Source: Lentisphaeria bacterium
Lineage (GTDB): Bacteria > Verrucomicrobiota > Lentisphaeria > Victivallales > JAADHT01
DNA length: 60,898 nucleotides
Assembly (NCBI GenBank): GCA_015486135.1
Contig: WFSE01000044.1
Span: 1-60,898 of the forward strand
Direction: 5' to 3'
Shown here: in pieces, positions 18,182 to 27,449 of the stretch
Layout: each line of letters starts with the position of its first letter
Numbering within the stretch: position 1 is the first letter of the stretch
The notes under the pieces: model-generated
Databases searched by the model: none
The model's input: the letters and a program-made list of their open reading frames with translations, nothing else
What the model was told of the DNA's origin: nothing
Translations under genes and position numbers: made by a program

Positions 18182-18334
18182 GACCCACTGAATAATTGGC
18201 AAGTGCCTTATTTTCATAGTGTTAAATTCCCTTTTAGCGGTGTCATCTCCAAGGTTTTGTGAGAAAGCCTCCCAAAAACCTTGGAGACAACTAATATTTT
18301 CTACTCAATTTGAGGCACTTGCCAATTTTGCCCC
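18182..18334. repeat. family-A MITE-like element (A3), right terminus shortened
   Basis: GACCCACTGAATAATTGGCAAGTGCC...TCTCCAAGGTTTTG..CTCCCAAAAACCTTGGAGA...GAGGCACTTGCCAATTTTGCCCC. Confidence 0.8.
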
Positions 18335-18395
18335 TTCCGCAGAGCCGGAACGGTGCCTGCGGCACGAAAGGGGCAAAGTGCTGGTCCCGACCCCG
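18335..18395. repeat. family B/E-related short repeat
   Basis: AGCCGGAACGGTGCC..AAAGGGGCAAAGTGCTGGTCCCGACCCCG parallels 53745-53800. The 19-nt core is identical to the reverse complement of 60357-60375. Confidence 0.6.
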
Positions 18396-18460
18396 TTGGC
18401 CTATCCCGTCATAGCTCGGAAAGCGATGGCGCTAACACATTTCCGACTTTTTAGCAAGCT

Positions 18461-19477
18461 CTATCCATCGGTTTCCTTGCCGGGGTTTTGGTAGCGTTCA
18501 TAGCCTTTACGATTAATATTCAGCCAGCGACGATGTGGCCAAAACCATTGTTCCGGGTATGCTCGCACAAACTCTTCCATGGCGTCAGCGCATTTTTGCG
18601 CTATGATGTCTATGTCTTTGGCCCGGTCTTTGGAGGGAGTCAACGTGATCGGGTCCTTGAAAACGAACTCGAAAGTTCCTGGCTTATCCGTTCTTGGCAT
18701 GGCGACCGGGCAAAGAGGGACACCAGTTTTCAGGTGAAGCATGGCTGGGGACGCATGTGTCAGGGCGGGGTGTCCGAAGAATGTTGTTTCCACCCCATTT
18801 TTTCTCCCGGGGTGTTGGTCCACCACCATTCCTATCGAATTTCCGCCCTGCAACGCCTTGAGCAAGCTCTTCATGGCGCCTTTCTGGGAGCATTGCTCGC
18901 TTCCGTAGCGCACCTGTATCCGCTTCATTACCTCACCTAGGCGTGGGTTGTCGTATGGCCGGATAACCGAAAGCATTGTCCTATCGGTCATCATCGCATA
19001 CACCGTGGGAATAAATGCGAAGTTAGCCAAATGCGGCGCAATGGCGATGATAGGTTTTTTATCCTCGAATGCCAGCTTGATGGCTTGTTTAGATCCGGAC
19101 ACCTTGATATGTTTCTCGACGTTGTCGGGAGTCATTTCGGCATCGATTTTAAAAGTATCGACGGCAAGTCTGGCTAGGCTTTTGAAATTGCGTTTGGCCA
19201 AGGCCCGCGCCTCCTGCTGGTTTGATGCCATTCCCGCATGGAGAATATGTTGTATTGCCCTGACGCGGTGGCGTTTATCGAAGAGGAAGGCTCCTGCGCC
19301 GAGAATATCCGCCAAGGAGTACGACATTCCCACCGAGAGGTTTTCGACGGACCGGATAAACAATCCTAGCCAAAAGGACTCGAAGAATATTTGGAGGCTA
19401 CTCTTAGATTTTTTTTTCTTTTTACGTTTACCCATTCTTTTTTTCCGGAAGCTTTTGGATGCGAAAGCAGATAGCAT
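18461..19477 (-). CDS. lipid A biosynthesis lauroyl/myristoyl acyltransferase family protein (LpxL/HtrB-like)
   Basis: Layout typical of the LpxL family: N-terminal anchor, IIAIAPHLANFAF (H-box region), GNSIGMVVDQ, FFGHPA.T, EQWFWPHRRW. Start uncertain (M1 or M15). Confidence 0.8.
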   Translation of the reverse strand: MLSAFASKSFRKKRMGKRKKKKKSKSSLQIFFESFWLGLFIRSVENLSVGMSYSLADILGAGAFLFDKRHRVRAIQHILHAGMASNQQEARALAKRNFKSLARLAVDTFKIDAEMTPDNVEKHIKVSGSKQAIKLAFEDKKPIIAIAPHLANFAFIPTVYAMMTDRTMLSVIRPYDNPRLGEVMKRIQVRYGSEQCSQKGAMKSLLKALQGGNSIGMVVDQHPGRKNGVETTFFGHPALTHASPAMLHLKTGVPLCPVAMPRTDKPGTFEFVFKDPITLTPSKDRAKDIDIIAQKCADAMEEFVRAYPEQWFWPHRRWLNINRKGYERYQNPGKETDG

Positions 19478-19537
19478 CCACCCATAAAGATAGGGGAAGA
19501 CATTGCGGTTGCAACCGCCGCGGCCATAGAAAGCGGT

Positions 19538-20971
19538 CTATCTTTGGAGAATTTCCAAGAGGAGGTTCCAAAACCTATTGACGGATGCGATTTCGACGCG
19601 CTCTTTCGGGGAATGTGGATATTTTATTGTGGGTCCGATGGAGATCATATCCAGTCCGGGACGTTTCGCTCCGATAACACCGCATTCCAAACCTGCGTGA
19701 ATGACATCCACCCTGGGCGTTCTCCCAAAAAGGTATTCGTGTGCGGAAATAGTTTTTTTCAGGAGCTTGGAGTCCTTTGCTGGGGGCCATGGGGGGAACG
19801 CCGCCCCCTTTTTAATTTCGCAGTTCCATTGCCCGGCATAGGCGGCGACACGCGTGGCCGCGGAGTCCAAAGCGGCGGCGGTCACGGCCCGCTGCATCGA
19901 AACCAGTTCGACATCGCCTTCCGCTATGTCGGCTTTGCCGATATTCGACGACGACTGGAGCACACCGTCCGAAAAATCGAACGGGCCATCGGGAAAACCC
20001 GCCAACAATTTGGACAAGGCCTTTGTAGCGTCGACAGAAAGAGTGCCTCGGAGCGGTTTGGCGGAATCTAATTTGAAACATGCGGCGGAGTCCGTTTTAG
20101 CGAGCCGGACGAGGGTGTCGCTGGCCGCAGTGTCCGCGGCGGCGGCCAGATCGACATCCGCGGGGGCCGCCACTTTAGCCGTGGCTTCCCTCGGGATGGC
20201 GTTAGCGACCGACCCACTGGAAAAGCCCGCTAGCCGAATGGGATATTTTTTCGAAAGCTTTTCCAGTATTTCCGCCAATGCGATGATGGCGTTGCCGCGG
20301 CGTAGCGCGATGTCCACTCCCGAATGCCCTCCTTCGAGGCCGCCCAAAGATAATTCGACGAAAGTCCATCCGTCCGGAACGCGGTTCGTCTCCAGCCACG
20401 CGGAGATGAAAGTTTCGACTCCTCCAGCGCAACCAACGATTATGGTTCCGTCGTCTTCCGAGTCCAGATTTATCAGGGCGCCATCCCGAATCATAGCATC
20501 ATCCAGTTCCAGCGCCCCCTTGAGACCCACTTCCTCCTTCACCGTCAGAAGAACGTCCACCGAGCCGGTTGGAATATCCATTTCAAGAACAGCCAAGGCC
20601 GCGGCCACCCCTATTCCATTGTCTGCTCCAAGAGTCGTTCCGTCCGCTCCAACCCATCCGTCGCCAAGCACCACGGGAGTTATCGGGTCGCGGTCGAAGT
20701 CGTGCTCCTTGCCAGCGTCCTTTTGAACCACCATGTCCAAGTGCGCCTGAAGCGTTGTGACGGGACAGTCCTCTAACCCAGGGGAAGGTGGTTTACGTAT
20801 GGAAAGATTGCCGGCGGAATCCCGGACGACCTCCAATCCCCGCTCCTCCATCTCTTCCGCAATCAAGGCCGCCAGCCTCTCCTCCCCGCCCGGAGGGCGC
20901 GGAACCGCGGAAATCGCGGCGAACCGTTTCCAGACGGGGGTCGGAGCCAAATTGGCCAACTCGTCAGGCAT
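19538..20971 (-). CDS. pepD: aminoacyl-histidine dipeptidase (Xaa-His dipeptidase, M20C)
   Basis: PVWKRFAAISAVPRP.GGEE, LQAHLDMVVQKD and GADNGIGVAAALAVL motifs; 477 aa. Confidence 0.9.
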   Translation of the reverse strand: MPDELANLAPTPVWKRFAAISAVPRPPGGEERLAALIAEEMEERGLEVVRDSAGNLSIRKPPSPGLEDCPVTTLQAHLDMVVQKDAGKEHDFDRDPITPVVLGDGWVGADGTTLGADNGIGVAAALAVLEMDIPTGSVDVLLTVKEEVGLKGALELDDAMIRDGALINLDSEDDGTIIVGCAGGVETFISAWLETNRVPDGWTFVELSLGGLEGGHSGVDIALRRGNAIIALAEILEKLSKKYPIRLAGFSSGSVANAIPREATAKVAAPADVDLAAAADTAASDTLVRLAKTDSAACFKLDSAKPLRGTLSVDATKALSKLLAGFPDGPFDFSDGVLQSSSNIGKADIAEGDVELVSMQRAVTAAALDSAATRVAAYAGQWNCEIKKGAAFPPWPPAKDSKLLKKTISAHEYLFGRTPRVDVIHAGLECGVIGAKRPGLDMISIGPTIKYPHSPKERVEIASVNRFWNLLLEILQR

Positions 20972-21002
20972 GGCATTTGTTCCTGATCCGGCAAGGGCGT
21001 CC

Positions 21003-22133
21003 CTAGGGTCGGCCCTCGAAATACTCTTTTATCGCGCCGACTACGTGCTTTCTCTGCTCCGTGGTGGTTTCCGGATAGATTGGCAGGGCGAGTATCCGCT
21101 CCGACACGTCCTCGCTGACGGGGAAGTCGCCTCGTCTATGTCCCAGATACGCAAAGCATTCCTGCAGATGCAATGGCACGGGATAGTAGACTTCGACACC
21201 CACCCCCGCATTCTGCAAGGCCTGTTTCAGGTTGTCGCGTTCGCCTCTGGGAGCTAAGACGCAAAACTGGTTGTATATATGCCTGGTAGTGCCTTCCGCT
21301 TCTGCCGGGAGGACCAAGGTGTCCGCGAGATCGACCTCCAGGAAAAGCTCTCGATATTCGGCGGCGTTGCGTTGTCTCGCCTCGCTCCACCCGTCCAATC
21401 GTTTTAGTTTTATGGAAAGAATCGCCGCCTGCAATGCGTCGAGTCGGAAATTTCCTCCGATGTATTTGTGGTAGTACTTCGGGTTGGCGCCATGATTCCG
21501 GAATATTTTCAGCCTCTCCGCTTTCTCCTGGGAATTGGTGGTTACCGCGCCACCATCTCCGAACGCGCCCAAATTTTTGCTTGGGAAAAAGGAGAAGCAT
21601 CCGTAATCCCCGAACGCTCCCGCCCGTTTGCCGTTACGCTCGGCCCCAATTGCCTGCGCGGCGTCTTCTATGACGATCAATCCAAGTTTGTTCGCCAGTT
21701 CGAGGATAGGTTCGACATCTGCGCACTGACCGTACAAGTGTACTGGGATCACGGCTTTGGTTTTCTCCGTGATTTTATTCTTTACCAACAAAGGGTTGAT
21801 GTTGAACGAGTCGGGTTCTATATCCACGAAAACCGGTTTCGCTCCTACCCTGGCGATAGCGCCAGCCGTGGCGAAAAACGTGAACGGCGTGGTAATTACT
21901 TCGTCGCCGCGCCCTATTCCCTCCGCCATTAGGGCGATAATAAGGGCGTCGGAGCCGGATGTTACTCCCACCGCGGCTTTCGCACCGCAGTACTCCGCCA
22001 CCTCGCTTTCGAATTTCTCTACGTCCTGGCCTAGAATAAACCGTTGGGAGTCGCAAACCCTTTCTATTTCCGCTAGGATTTCTTCCTTCATCGTGGCGTA
22101 TTGGGCGCACAGGTCAAGTAGTGGAACATTCAT
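21003..22133 (-). CDS. DegT/DnrJ/EryC1/StrS family PLP-dependent sugar aminotransferase
   Basis: VPLLDL..QY, the FILGQ.VEKFE.E.AEYCG pattern and SFFPSKNLGAFGDGG (PLP-Lys context). Start set at the ATG at 22133, preceded by GGAAAGGA. Confidence 0.9.
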   Translation of the reverse strand: MNVPLLDLCAQYATMKEEILAEIERVCDSQRFILGQDVEKFESEVAEYCGAKAAVGVTSGSDALIIALMAEGIGRGDEVITTPFTFFATAGAIARVGAKPVFVDIEPDSFNINPLLVKNKITEKTKAVIPVHLYGQCADVEPILELANKLGLIVIEDAAQAIGAERNGKRAGAFGDYGCFSFFPSKNLGAFGDGGAVTTNSQEKAERLKIFRNHGANPKYYHKYIGGNFRLDALQAAILSIKLKRLDGWSEARQRNAAEYRELFLEVDLADTLVLPAEAEGTTRHIYNQFCVLAPRGERDNLKQALQNAGVGVEVYYPVPLHLQECFAYLGHRRGDFPVSEDVSERILALPIYPETTTEQRKHVVGAIKEYFEGRP

Positions 22134-22317
22134 CAAATCATCCTTTCCCACGTGTGCGTGGAGCCGAGTAGCCATACATCAGTTCGAACACCATTGGAGC
22201 GGGTGTTTCCGCGAGCTGAGCGCAAAAGATAAGGCATTTTGAGCAAAACTCAAGGCGACAAAATGGACGCACCGGGTCAACAAGGGATCAATAGCCGCTT
22301 GGAGTTTCGCATGCCAG

Positions 22318-22872
22318 CTAGTCTTTCAGGGTCAACGCTGCTGGAGTCAAGGCCACCGTGAGGTTTTCTCTTCCGGACTCGGTGTTTCTAGCCGCTCGCT
22401 TAGCGAGTAGCAGTAGTTTCAACTTATAGACGCACAATTTGTCGAAATCGAATTCGTGCCCCGCTCCCAGAGTTTCCAGTTCCCGCCATCGCAAGGTATC
22501 CAGTAAATCTTCCCTTTCCAGGGGAGACTGCTTTGCGAAAGCCTCCTGGACACCATCTTCTATCTCCGAAAAGAAGTCGGGGTTTTCGCGCGTGAACTTT
22601 TCGGCCGCCCGATCGCCCCCCCCGCCTTCGCGTCTAGCGCGGCGTACCGCCAAGGCGTTACGCAATCTCGTTTCCCAAACGTTCCAGCGGTCTGTCGCCG
22701 ATTCGCCCTTTTGGATGTCCTTCGGAGGGATTAAAGACAAGGTCCCGAGGCGAGCCAGCAAGTCTTTTGGCAGCCAATCCGCGCAAATCGCAACGAACTC
22801 CTCCTCCGACATCGGAGGGGTGGTGTCTAAATCCAGCATCGGTAGCGAACCGACTAAGTAGTAATATTCCAT
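22318..22872 (-). CDS. DUF2764-like protein
   Basis: The N-terminus MEYYYLVGSLPMLDLD and the C-terminal LRWRELE...KLCVYKLKLLLLAKR match my recollection of the DUF2764 family, which is usually found in V-type ATPase operons. Start set at 22872. Confidence 0.45.
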   Translation of the reverse strand: MEYYYLVGSLPMLDLDTTPPMSEEEFVAICADWLPKDLLARLGTLSLIPPKDIQKGESATDRWNVWETRLRNALAVRRARREGGGGDRAAEKFTRENPDFFSEIEDGVQEAFAKQSPLEREDLLDTLRWRELETLGAGHEFDFDKLCVYKLKLLLLAKRAARNTESGRENLTVALTPAALTLKD

Positions 22873-23094
22873 TTGCGAACACTCCGTCTTTTTTTCGGTT
22901 TGGTACAAATACCCTGTCCAAGCGATACGGTCAAGCAACTTGGCGGAGTCCATGCGTTTTTTCCGCGACGTGCCGCATAGAGAAGGTTGGAATCGCCATT
23001 GTTTGGGATTAGAGTAGTAGTAGCGTGCGCCACTTCCTTTTCGGGGGAGTGGAAGCGGACATGGTGTCCGCTTGGAACATTACTGGAGGATGAT

Positions 23095-23454
23095 ATGAGC
23101 GTGACTGTTGCTATTAGCGGTCGGCATCTGGAACTCACGGACGCAATACGGGATTACACTCGGGAAAAGTTGTTGGGCATAATAGAGGACAAGCATAAGA
23201 TCTCCAGGGCGGAAGCTATTCTTTCCCAGGAGAAGACGCGTAGCAAGGCAGAGATAATAGTGTGCGGAAAAAAATTCAACGCGGAAGCTGAGAGCGAGTC
23301 GTACGACATGTATGAATCGATAGACAAGGCGATAGCCAAGGTTGAGCGTCAGATAATCCGCTATTTCGACAGGAAGCAAGATCATCACAAGGTGTCCCAC
23401 GGTGTCACGTCCGCCACGGCTAACGCGGCTGACGACGATTCGGATTTCGAATAG
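23095..23454 (+). CDS. hpf: ribosome hibernation promoting factor (short HPF/RaiA type)
   Basis: MSVTVAISGRHLELTDAIRDYTREKL......ESESYDMYESIDKAIAKVERQI is the classic sigma54-modulation/HPF fold signature. GGAGGA RBS at 23085-23090. Confidence 0.85.
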   Translation: MSVTVAISGRHLELTDAIRDYTREKLLGIIEDKHKISRAEAILSQEKTRSKAEIIVCGKKFNAEAESESYDMYESIDKAIAKVERQIIRYFDRKQDHHKVSHGVTSATANAADDDSDFE

Positions 23455-23460
23455 CGGGAG

Positions 23461-23964
23461 ATGGAGAGCGTGCTAGGCTGGCAAGAGCGGAGACGCGTGT
23501 TGGAATGCCAAGATGTCGATTTGCTCTCCGAGTGCGCCAAATTGCCTTTGAACTCCAGTGGTGCGGGAGGGCAAAAACGCGACCGGAAGTATTCCGGGAT
23601 AAGATTGATCCACAAGCCCACTGGCGTGCAAGTTGTTTCCACCGCCACGCGCTCGAGGGCGCGAAACGAGTCGGACGCTTTGGGCAAGCTGAGAATGGCG
23701 ATCGCCCTCGAAATCCGTTGTCCTTGGGATGTTGGCGAGCGTTCCAGGCTTGAGTTGCCCAAGAAGGGGCGCCCTACTCCAGCGATGGTGGCGGATTTGT
23801 TTGATTTGCTGGAAGACCGCGGATTCCGCATAGGTGAAGCGGTCAAGGAGTTAGGCGTGTCTACGGCAAGCCTAGTGAAGTTCGTCTCCAGAGATAAAAT
23901 GCTTTGGAGGCGGCTTAACGAGCGGCGGATGGGGATGGGCTTGTCCCCCTTGACGATGCGTTGA
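23461..23964 (+). CDS. GGQ-motif RF-1 domain protein (mini release factor / ArfB-like peptidyl-tRNA hydrolase) with non-canonical C-terminal domain
   Basis: SSGAGGQKRDRKYSGIRLIHKPTGVQVVSTATRSRARNESDALGKL matches the class-I release factor GGQ domain (SGAGGQ..NK..S..R..H.PTG......RSQ..N). The C-terminal ~70 aa (ELGVSTASLVKFVSRD) look HTH-like rather than like the basic ArfB tail. Confidence 0.7.
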   Translation: MESVLGWQERRRVLECQDVDLLSECAKLPLNSSGAGGQKRDRKYSGIRLIHKPTGVQVVSTATRSRARNESDALGKLRMAIALEIRCPWDVGERSRLELPKKGRPTPAMVADLFDLLEDRGFRIGEAVKELGVSTASLVKFVSRDKMLWRRLNERRMGMGLSPLTMR

Positions 23965-23990
23965 GCTTTGATTCCCTTGGAAAAATCGCT

Positions 23991-24019
23991 GGGATGATGT
24001 AGCTTGTCATCCCCGTTTT
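23991..24019 (+). terminator. possible intrinsic terminator after the GGQ-protein gene
   Basis: GGGATGA-9 nt loop-TCATCCC followed by CGTTTTA (short T-run). Confidence 0.4.
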
Positions 24020-24068
24020 AGTTCGACGCCGCGTTGCCGTGGCCTGGTTTGAAAAAGGTGGTTGGAAT

Positions 24069-24362
24069 ATGGCCGAAGGTGGGAATAATTTGGCGGAGCT
24101 TAAGAGAGAGCTGAAAAGCTTGATTATATCGGAGTTGTCGGTAGAGGATATTTCTCCCGAGGATATATCCGACGACGCGTCTCTTTTCGGCGATGGTCTC
24201 GGGTTGGATTCGCTCGACGCCGTGGAATTGGTGGTTTTACTTCAAAGACGTTACGGGATACAGATAAAAGATTTGGAAGAGGGGCGGAAGATTTTCGCTA
24301 GTCTGGATACTTTGGCCGAATACGTTTCCCAGCATGCCGAGGAACGGCCGGACGTGTCATGA
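24069..24362 (+). CDS. acyl carrier protein
   Basis: Phosphopantetheine site GLGLDSLDAVELVVLLQRRYGI; start at the ATG at 24069 after AAGGTGG; ATGA overlap with the downstream KS gene. Confidence 0.8.
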   Translation: MAEGGNNLAELKRELKSLIISELSVEDISPEDISDDASLFGDGLGLDSLDAVELVVLLQRRYGIQIKDLEEGRKIFASLDTLAEYVSQHAEERPDVS

Positions 24363-26380
24363 GCTTCGCCGTTGCCAGTCCCAACGCGCTAATCGCGGAA
24401 AAAACGGTTGTAGTGACTGGAACTGGCGTTGTGTGCGCCGCTGGTGTCAATACCGCCACTGCCCATGCCTCCACTTTGTCCGGGAAGAGGTGTCCCAAGC
24501 CTTATCCCACCCTTTTCGACGCGGATTTCCGTAAACCCGTGTTCGAGTGCGATCTCGATTTTCCCGCGACCCCCGCGGGGGGGCGCACGTTGGAGCTTCT
24601 GCTAACCGCGTTGGACGAGGCTTTGGAATGTGTGGATAAGCTTGGCGGCGTTGACCCCACCCGTATTGGCGTGTGTGTTGGGACTACAGTTGCCTGCATG
24701 CTGAACGACCTTGAGTTTTACTCCGCCGTGAGAAGTGGCGGCCAGCCGGAAATAACTCCCCTGAAGCGCTATGTCGAAGGTGACTTGTCCGCATTGGTCG
24801 CAAAGCGGTTGGGTGCGTCAGGGCCGGTGGCGACTGTAGCCAACGCCTGCTCCAGTGGCACGGAGGCCATAGCCACCGCGGCGCGCTGGCTCGCTTCCGG
24901 GATGTGCGACATCGTGGTTGCCGCCGGTGCTGACGAGCTCCATTTCGTGCCATACTGCGGCTTCAATTCGCTCCAAGTCATGAGCGAGTCGTTCTGTCTG
25001 CCATTCGATGGGCGCCGCTCTGGCTTGAACTTGGGAGAAGGCGCTGGCGTGCTCATCTTGGAAACCTCCGAGTCCGCGGTAGCATCGGGACGCGCTCCTT
25101 TGGCCACGCTCAAAGGATGTGGCGGTGGAAGCGACGCGTACCATATTACCGGTCCCCATCCGGAAGGCACTGGACTCAAGGCGGCCATATTGATGGCATT
25201 GGACATGGCGAGCGTCCACAGAAACGAAGTTTCGTACATCAACGCTCATGGCACCGCCACTCGGGACAACGACCGCGTGGAGGCGAAAGCATTCCATGAT
25301 TTTTTCGGGCGTGGCGTACCATTCGCCTCGACGAAGTTTCACACGGGGCACGCGCTCGGTGCGGCTGGAGCCATAGAGGCCGTTTTGTGTGTGGCGGGAA
25401 TCGCCGACGGAAGATTTCCTGGCAACCCCGGGGTTGAACCTGACCCCGAAGCTCCAATTGTACCAGCTCGGGATGTCGTGGAATATAATGGTGGCGCGGT
25501 TCTTTCCACCTCGATGGCTTTTGGGGGAAGTTGTTCCGCACTTGTGTTTGGTCCTCCACCGGAAATTAGCGCCACTGTGTCGGCTGCCAATCCTGCGGAT
25601 ACTCCTAGTATAGCTATAGGAGTAAGGGGCACTGGAGCGGTGGGGCCATTCGGGCGGGGATCCAAGGCGCTCGTCGCTGGCATGGAAGTCCGCCGTAGCC
25701 CCGCTATCGACGATGGCGGGCTGAGAATTCCTCCGGGAATTCTATCGGATTCCACTTCCAAAAAGCTACTTCGACGAGCGGGCGGCTTGTCGGCGGCCAT
25801 GGTTGCGGCGGCAAAAGACACCGTCGCGGAAGCCGGGCTCAAGAGTCCGCTGGGCGATTCCACGGCGCTTGTAGTGACGACCGCTTTCGGGGCTCACAGC
25901 GCGACTTTCGCGTTTTTGGACGGCATCTTGGACCACGGGCATTCGGCGCCCTCGCCAACCCAGTTTTCCAATTCCGTCCACAATTCGATGGCCTTTTTCA
26001 TAACCAAGGCTTTGGATATCACCGGGCCATCGCTAACCTTGACCGGGTTCGCCCCTTTCGCACCGGCGCTAGCGGTCGCGGAGTCGCTAATGGCCGTTTC
26101 GAAGACTATCGACCGCGTACTGCTGGTGATAGGAGACGAAATTAACCCGACCTTCTTGAAGATAGCCGAGATGTGGCGCGAATACCGCGGCGAAATCCAC
26201 ACCGCTTGGGGCGAGGGAGCGGTTGCTCTACTGCTCGAGCGCGGCGCCGGACATCCTCTTCCGGACACCTTGGAAAACGCGGAGCGTCTCGTTCCGAAGA
26301 TTCCATTAGTCGTGGGGAAAACCCTGTTTCCGCTAGCGTTCGCGTTAGCCGGGTCTTGGAAAACCTCGAAGCGCGCCTAG
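24359..26380 (+). CDS. fused beta-ketoacyl synthase (KS) plus chain-length-factor-like (Ketoacyl-synt_2-type) domain
   Basis: The N-terminal ~400 aa carry a complete C-H-H triad (ANACSSGTEAI, NAHGTATRDND, KFHTGHALGAAG). The C-terminal ~270 aa carry the SPTQFSNSVHNSMAFFI motif typical of KS-N-terminal-like CLF proteins and lack an active-site Cys context. Confidence 0.75.
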   Translation: MSFAVASPNALIAEKTVVVTGTGVVCAAGVNTATAHASTLSGKRCPKPYPTLFDADFRKPVFECDLDFPATPAGGRTLELLLTALDEALECVDKLGGVDPTRIGVCVGTTVACMLNDLEFYSAVRSGGQPEITPLKRYVEGDLSALVAKRLGASGPVATVANACSSGTEAIATAARWLASGMCDIVVAAGADELHFVPYCGFNSLQVMSESFCLPFDGRRSGLNLGEGAGVLILETSESAVASGRAPLATLKGCGGGSDAYHITGPHPEGTGLKAAILMALDMASVHRNEVSYINAHGTATRDNDRVEAKAFHDFFGRGVPFASTKFHTGHALGAAGAIEAVLCVAGIADGRFPGNPGVEPDPEAPIVPARDVVEYNGGAVLSTSMAFGGSCSALVFGPPPEISATVSAANPADTPSIAIGVRGTGAVGPFGRGSKALVAGMEVRRSPAIDDGGLRIPPGILSDSTSKKLLRRAGGLSAAMVAAAKDTVAEAGLKSPLGDSTALVVTTAFGAHSATFAFLDGILDHGHSAPSPTQFSNSVHNSMAFFITKALDITGPSLTLTGFAPFAPALAVAESLMAVSKTIDRVLLVIGDEINPTFLKIAEMWREYRGEIHTAWGEGAVALLLERGAGHPLPDTLENAERLVPKIPLVVGKTLFPLAFALAGSWKTSKRA

Positions 26381-26425
26381 CCCGGGCTTTAGGGCATCCG
26401 GAGTCGGTTCCGTTCTTTGATTGAA

Positions 26426-26446
26426 GTCGGAAGTACTGGTTCCCGC
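26426..26446. repeat. degenerate family-E motif
   Basis: GTCGGAAGTACTGGTTCCCGC compared with GTCAGAAGTGCTGGTCCCG. Confidence 0.4.
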
Positions 26447-26453
26447 TCCCGCC

Positions 26454-27008
26454 TCAATCTTTAATCAGGCTGAGGAATTCCGCTCTGGTTGAAGCGCAAT
26501 TTCTAAAAGCTCCGAGCATGCACGAGGTGCGCATGCTGGAGTTTTGCTTTTCCACGCCGCGCATCATCATACACAAATGCCGCGCGTCCATCACCACCCC
26601 CACGCCAAGAGCGCCAGTGAATTCCAGTATCGCTTCGGCGATTTGTTTCGTGAGGTTTTCCTGCACTTGAAGCCGTCTGGCGAAAACATCGACAATCCTA
26701 GCCACCTTTGAAAGACCTATGATTTTCCCTTTGGGGATGTATCCGACATGGCACTGGCCGAAAAAGGGAAGCAGATGGTGCTCGCAGAGGGAGTACATCT
26801 CGATATTACGAACTATTATCATTTCGTCATTGTCAGTTTCGAAGATAGCGCCGTTGACGACCTCGGCGACATCTTGGCCGTAGCCTTTTGTAAGTGCCGC
26901 GAACGCTCTAGCGGCTCTCTCCGGGGTTTTGACGAGCCCCTCCCGGGAGAGGTCTTCGCCAGTAGCCGTTATAATGTCTCTGAAAGCTTGTTCCATTCTT
27001 GTCTCCAA
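26454..27008 (-). CDS. folE: GTP cyclohydrolase I
   Basis: [18 protein letters not shown] and [15 protein letters not shown] motifs; 184 aa. Confidence 0.95.
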   Translation of the reverse strand: METRMEQAFRDIITATGEDLSREGLVKTPERAARAFAALTKGYGQDVAEVVNGAIFETDNDEMIIVRNIEMYSLCEHHLLPFFGQCHVGYIPKGKIIGLSKVARIVDVFARRLQVQENLTKQIAEAILEFTGALGVGVVMDARHLCMMMRGVEKQNSSMRTSCMLGAFRNCASTRAEFLSLIKD

Positions 27009-27020
27009 ATCCCTAAGTTA

Positions 27021-27060
27021 GGGCCTGCCGAATAATTGGCAAGTGCTTAATCATAATAGC
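27021..27060. repeat. solo terminus of family-A element (A4)
   Basis: GGGCCTGCCGAATAATTGGCAAGTGCTTAATCATAAT, preceded by TTA. Confidence 0.7.
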
Positions 27061-27203
27061 GGCGTGGTGGAGTGTGTACTGAGTGGGGGACGCACGATTT
27101 GCGCGTCCCGCCATTGCGTCATCACTTGGCGCGGTGTAGAATGTGGTTTGCCGAGAAAGCCATGTGTTTTACGACGGGATACCATGAATAATGGAGGTTG
27201 CCA

Positions 27204-27449
27204 GTGGACCCTCGCGGAAAACTAGAGGAATACGTGGATGCCCTGACGGGATGCGGGTGTCCGATAGACGATGGCGCGGAACTCGCGGATTTGGGGGTGG
27301 ATTCGATATCGCTGGTTAAAACGCTGGTTTTCGTCGAGCGTGAATTTGGAGTTTCCCTGGGAGATTCCGGGTTTGGGAGGGAAGATGTTGGATCTTTTGG
27401 CGCATTCGTCAGGGCTGTGCGACGCGCGTTGGGAGACGACGGGAAATGA
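27204..27449 (+). CDS. acyl/peptidyl carrier protein-like (second ACP)
   Basis: LADLGVDSISLVKTLVFVEREFGV (DSx phosphopantetheine motif). The GTG at 27204 lies 6 nt after GGAGG; the track ORF starts at the TTG at 27198. The stop overlaps the trpC start (ATGA). Confidence 0.6.
   Translation: MDPRGKLEEYVDALTGCGCPIDDGAELADLGVDSISLVKTLVFVEREFGVSLGDSGFGREDVGSFGAFVRAVRRALGDDGK

Noticed and set aside
19854-20726. 290-aa plus-strand ORF
   Set aside because: It is antisense to pepD and has Ser/Ala/Pro-rich low-complexity composition, so it is a shadow ORF.
27011-27023. CCCTAAGTTAGGG palindrome just upstream of folE, considered as a second iron-box-like operator
   Set aside because: It is formed by the junction with the solo family-A terminus (TTA|GGGCCTGCCG...), and its half-site arrangement is inverted relative to the feoA site. 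It is probably a by-product of repeat insertion.
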